Under the pieces are notes generated by a model that was not told where the DNA came from, ran no database searches, and saw only the letters and a program-made list of their open reading frames with translations. Shown here one piece after another: positions 63,308 to 64,000 of a DNA stretch of 64,000 nt (its first letter is position 1; every line of letters starts with the position of its first letter). Position numbers and translations under genes: made by a program. The stretch comes from Defluviitaleaceae bacterium (GTDB lineage: Bacteria; Bacillota; Clostridia; Lachnospirales; WRAX01), in the NCBI GenBank assembly GCA_009784615.1, contig WRBJ01000005.1, forward strand, positions 4,775 to 68,774, in the 5' to 3' direction.

Positions 63308-64000
63308 TGAAGACGAATATTTTGGGTGTAGAATTTGATAATTTGTTGCCAGAAGCCGCTTGTGAGCGGTTTTTGGGACTTTTGGCGGGTGATGAACCTG
63401 CGGCGGTGTTTACGCCTAACCCCGAGATGGTTATGCTGGCACGCAAGGACGAGGATTTTCGCCGAATTTTGAATGGTGGCAGGCTTGTTGTGCCTGATGG
63501 GGTTGGGATTGTTTACGCTTCACGGTTGACGAAAAATAGGATTGTGAAGCGAGTGCCGGGTATTGAGTTGTGTATGAATGTTTTTGGTACTGATGAGGGC
63601 AAGAAATATAAGTGGTATTTTTTAGGTGGCAAGCCTGGTATTGCTGAGATGGCAAAGAATGTGATGATGGAGCGTTTTGACGGGCTTGAGATTGTTGGCG
63701 TGCGAGATGGATATTTTGACGCAGATGGTGAAGAAGATGTTATTGCGGATATTAAGGCTTCGGGGGCGGATGTGTTGCTTGTTGGGCTTGGTTTCCCACG
63801 GCAAGAGCGGTGGATTGCCGCCAATATGGAGCGTCTTGGCGTGAAGGTTGCAATGGGTGTTGGCGGTAGTTTTGATGTGATGAGCGGCACGCTTAAACGT
63901 GCGCCAAAGTTGTTTCGTAAGGTTGGTTTGGAGTGGCTTTGGCGGCTTTTGCGACAACCTAGCCGTATTTGGCGACAGAGGGTTTTGGTGAAGTTTGCTA
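63307..64000 (+). CDS. tagA: WecG/TagA/CpsF-family glycosyltransferase (N-acetylmannosaminyltransferase-like), truncated by the window end
   Basis: MKTNILGVEFDNL..., TPNPEMV, VPDGVGIV, GFPRQERWI motifs. The ATG overlaps the upstream TAA. No stop before position 64000. Confidence 0.85.
   Translation, partial: MKTNILGVEFDNLLPEAACERFLGLLAGDEPAAVFTPNPEMVMLARKDEDFRRILNGGRLVVPDGVGIVYASRLTKNRIVKRVPGIELCMNVFGTDEGKKYKWYFLGGKPGIAEMAKNVMMERFDGLEIVGVRDGYFDADGEEDVIADIKASGADVLLVGLGFPRQERWIAANMERLGVKVAMGVGGSFDVMSGTLKRAPKLFRKVGLEWLWRLLRQPSRIWRQRVLVKFA

Overview
This is a chromosomal window from an endospore-forming Firmicute, probably a member of the Clostridia. That placement is inferred from spoIVB, spoVT, spoIIM and a BofC-like gene together with the conserved housekeeping gene order. 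I found no rRNA, tRNA, CRISPR array, transposase or integrase. The window is densely coding. It contains the nusA-ylxR-ylxQ-infB-rbfA-nrnA-truB-ribF operon and the asp23-nusB-xseAB-ispA-dxs-tlyA-nadK-recN-spoIVB block, which is interrupted by accessory insertions. It also contains an SPFH/zinc-ribbon membrane cluster followed by three tandem hemerythrins. Further features are a YvlB/LiaX-like envelope protein, an FtsX-type ABC transporter with a co-transcribed beta-lactamase-fold hydrolase and a divergent two-component system, and spoVT. There is a PplA-like lipoprotein with three FMN-binding domains, then traX-spoIIM-nudF-asnS. An RDD / radical-SAM / RNase G operon, rRNA-modification genes and ogt follow. 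The window ends with a cell-wall polymer cluster (phosphodiester glycosidase, murJ, a GT4-CsaB fusion, tagA). The most unusual signal is non-coding. A module of about 255 bp occurs twice in inverted orientation, at 9077-9331 on the minus strand and 29926-30190 on the plus strand. Each copy sits directly upstream of an unrelated small ORF. Each copy has two TTGACA boxes 34 bp apart, a consensus sigma-A-type promoter, and a leader of about 190 nt whose nested stems covary between the copies. Each also has a decoy Shine-Dalgarno element with mutually exclusive pairings next to the real ribosome-binding site, and a conserved consensus promoter on the opposite strand that would produce a full-length antisense RNA. 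I do not recognise it as any known RNA family. All calls rest on reading the sequence and on remembered family motifs; no database search was run.
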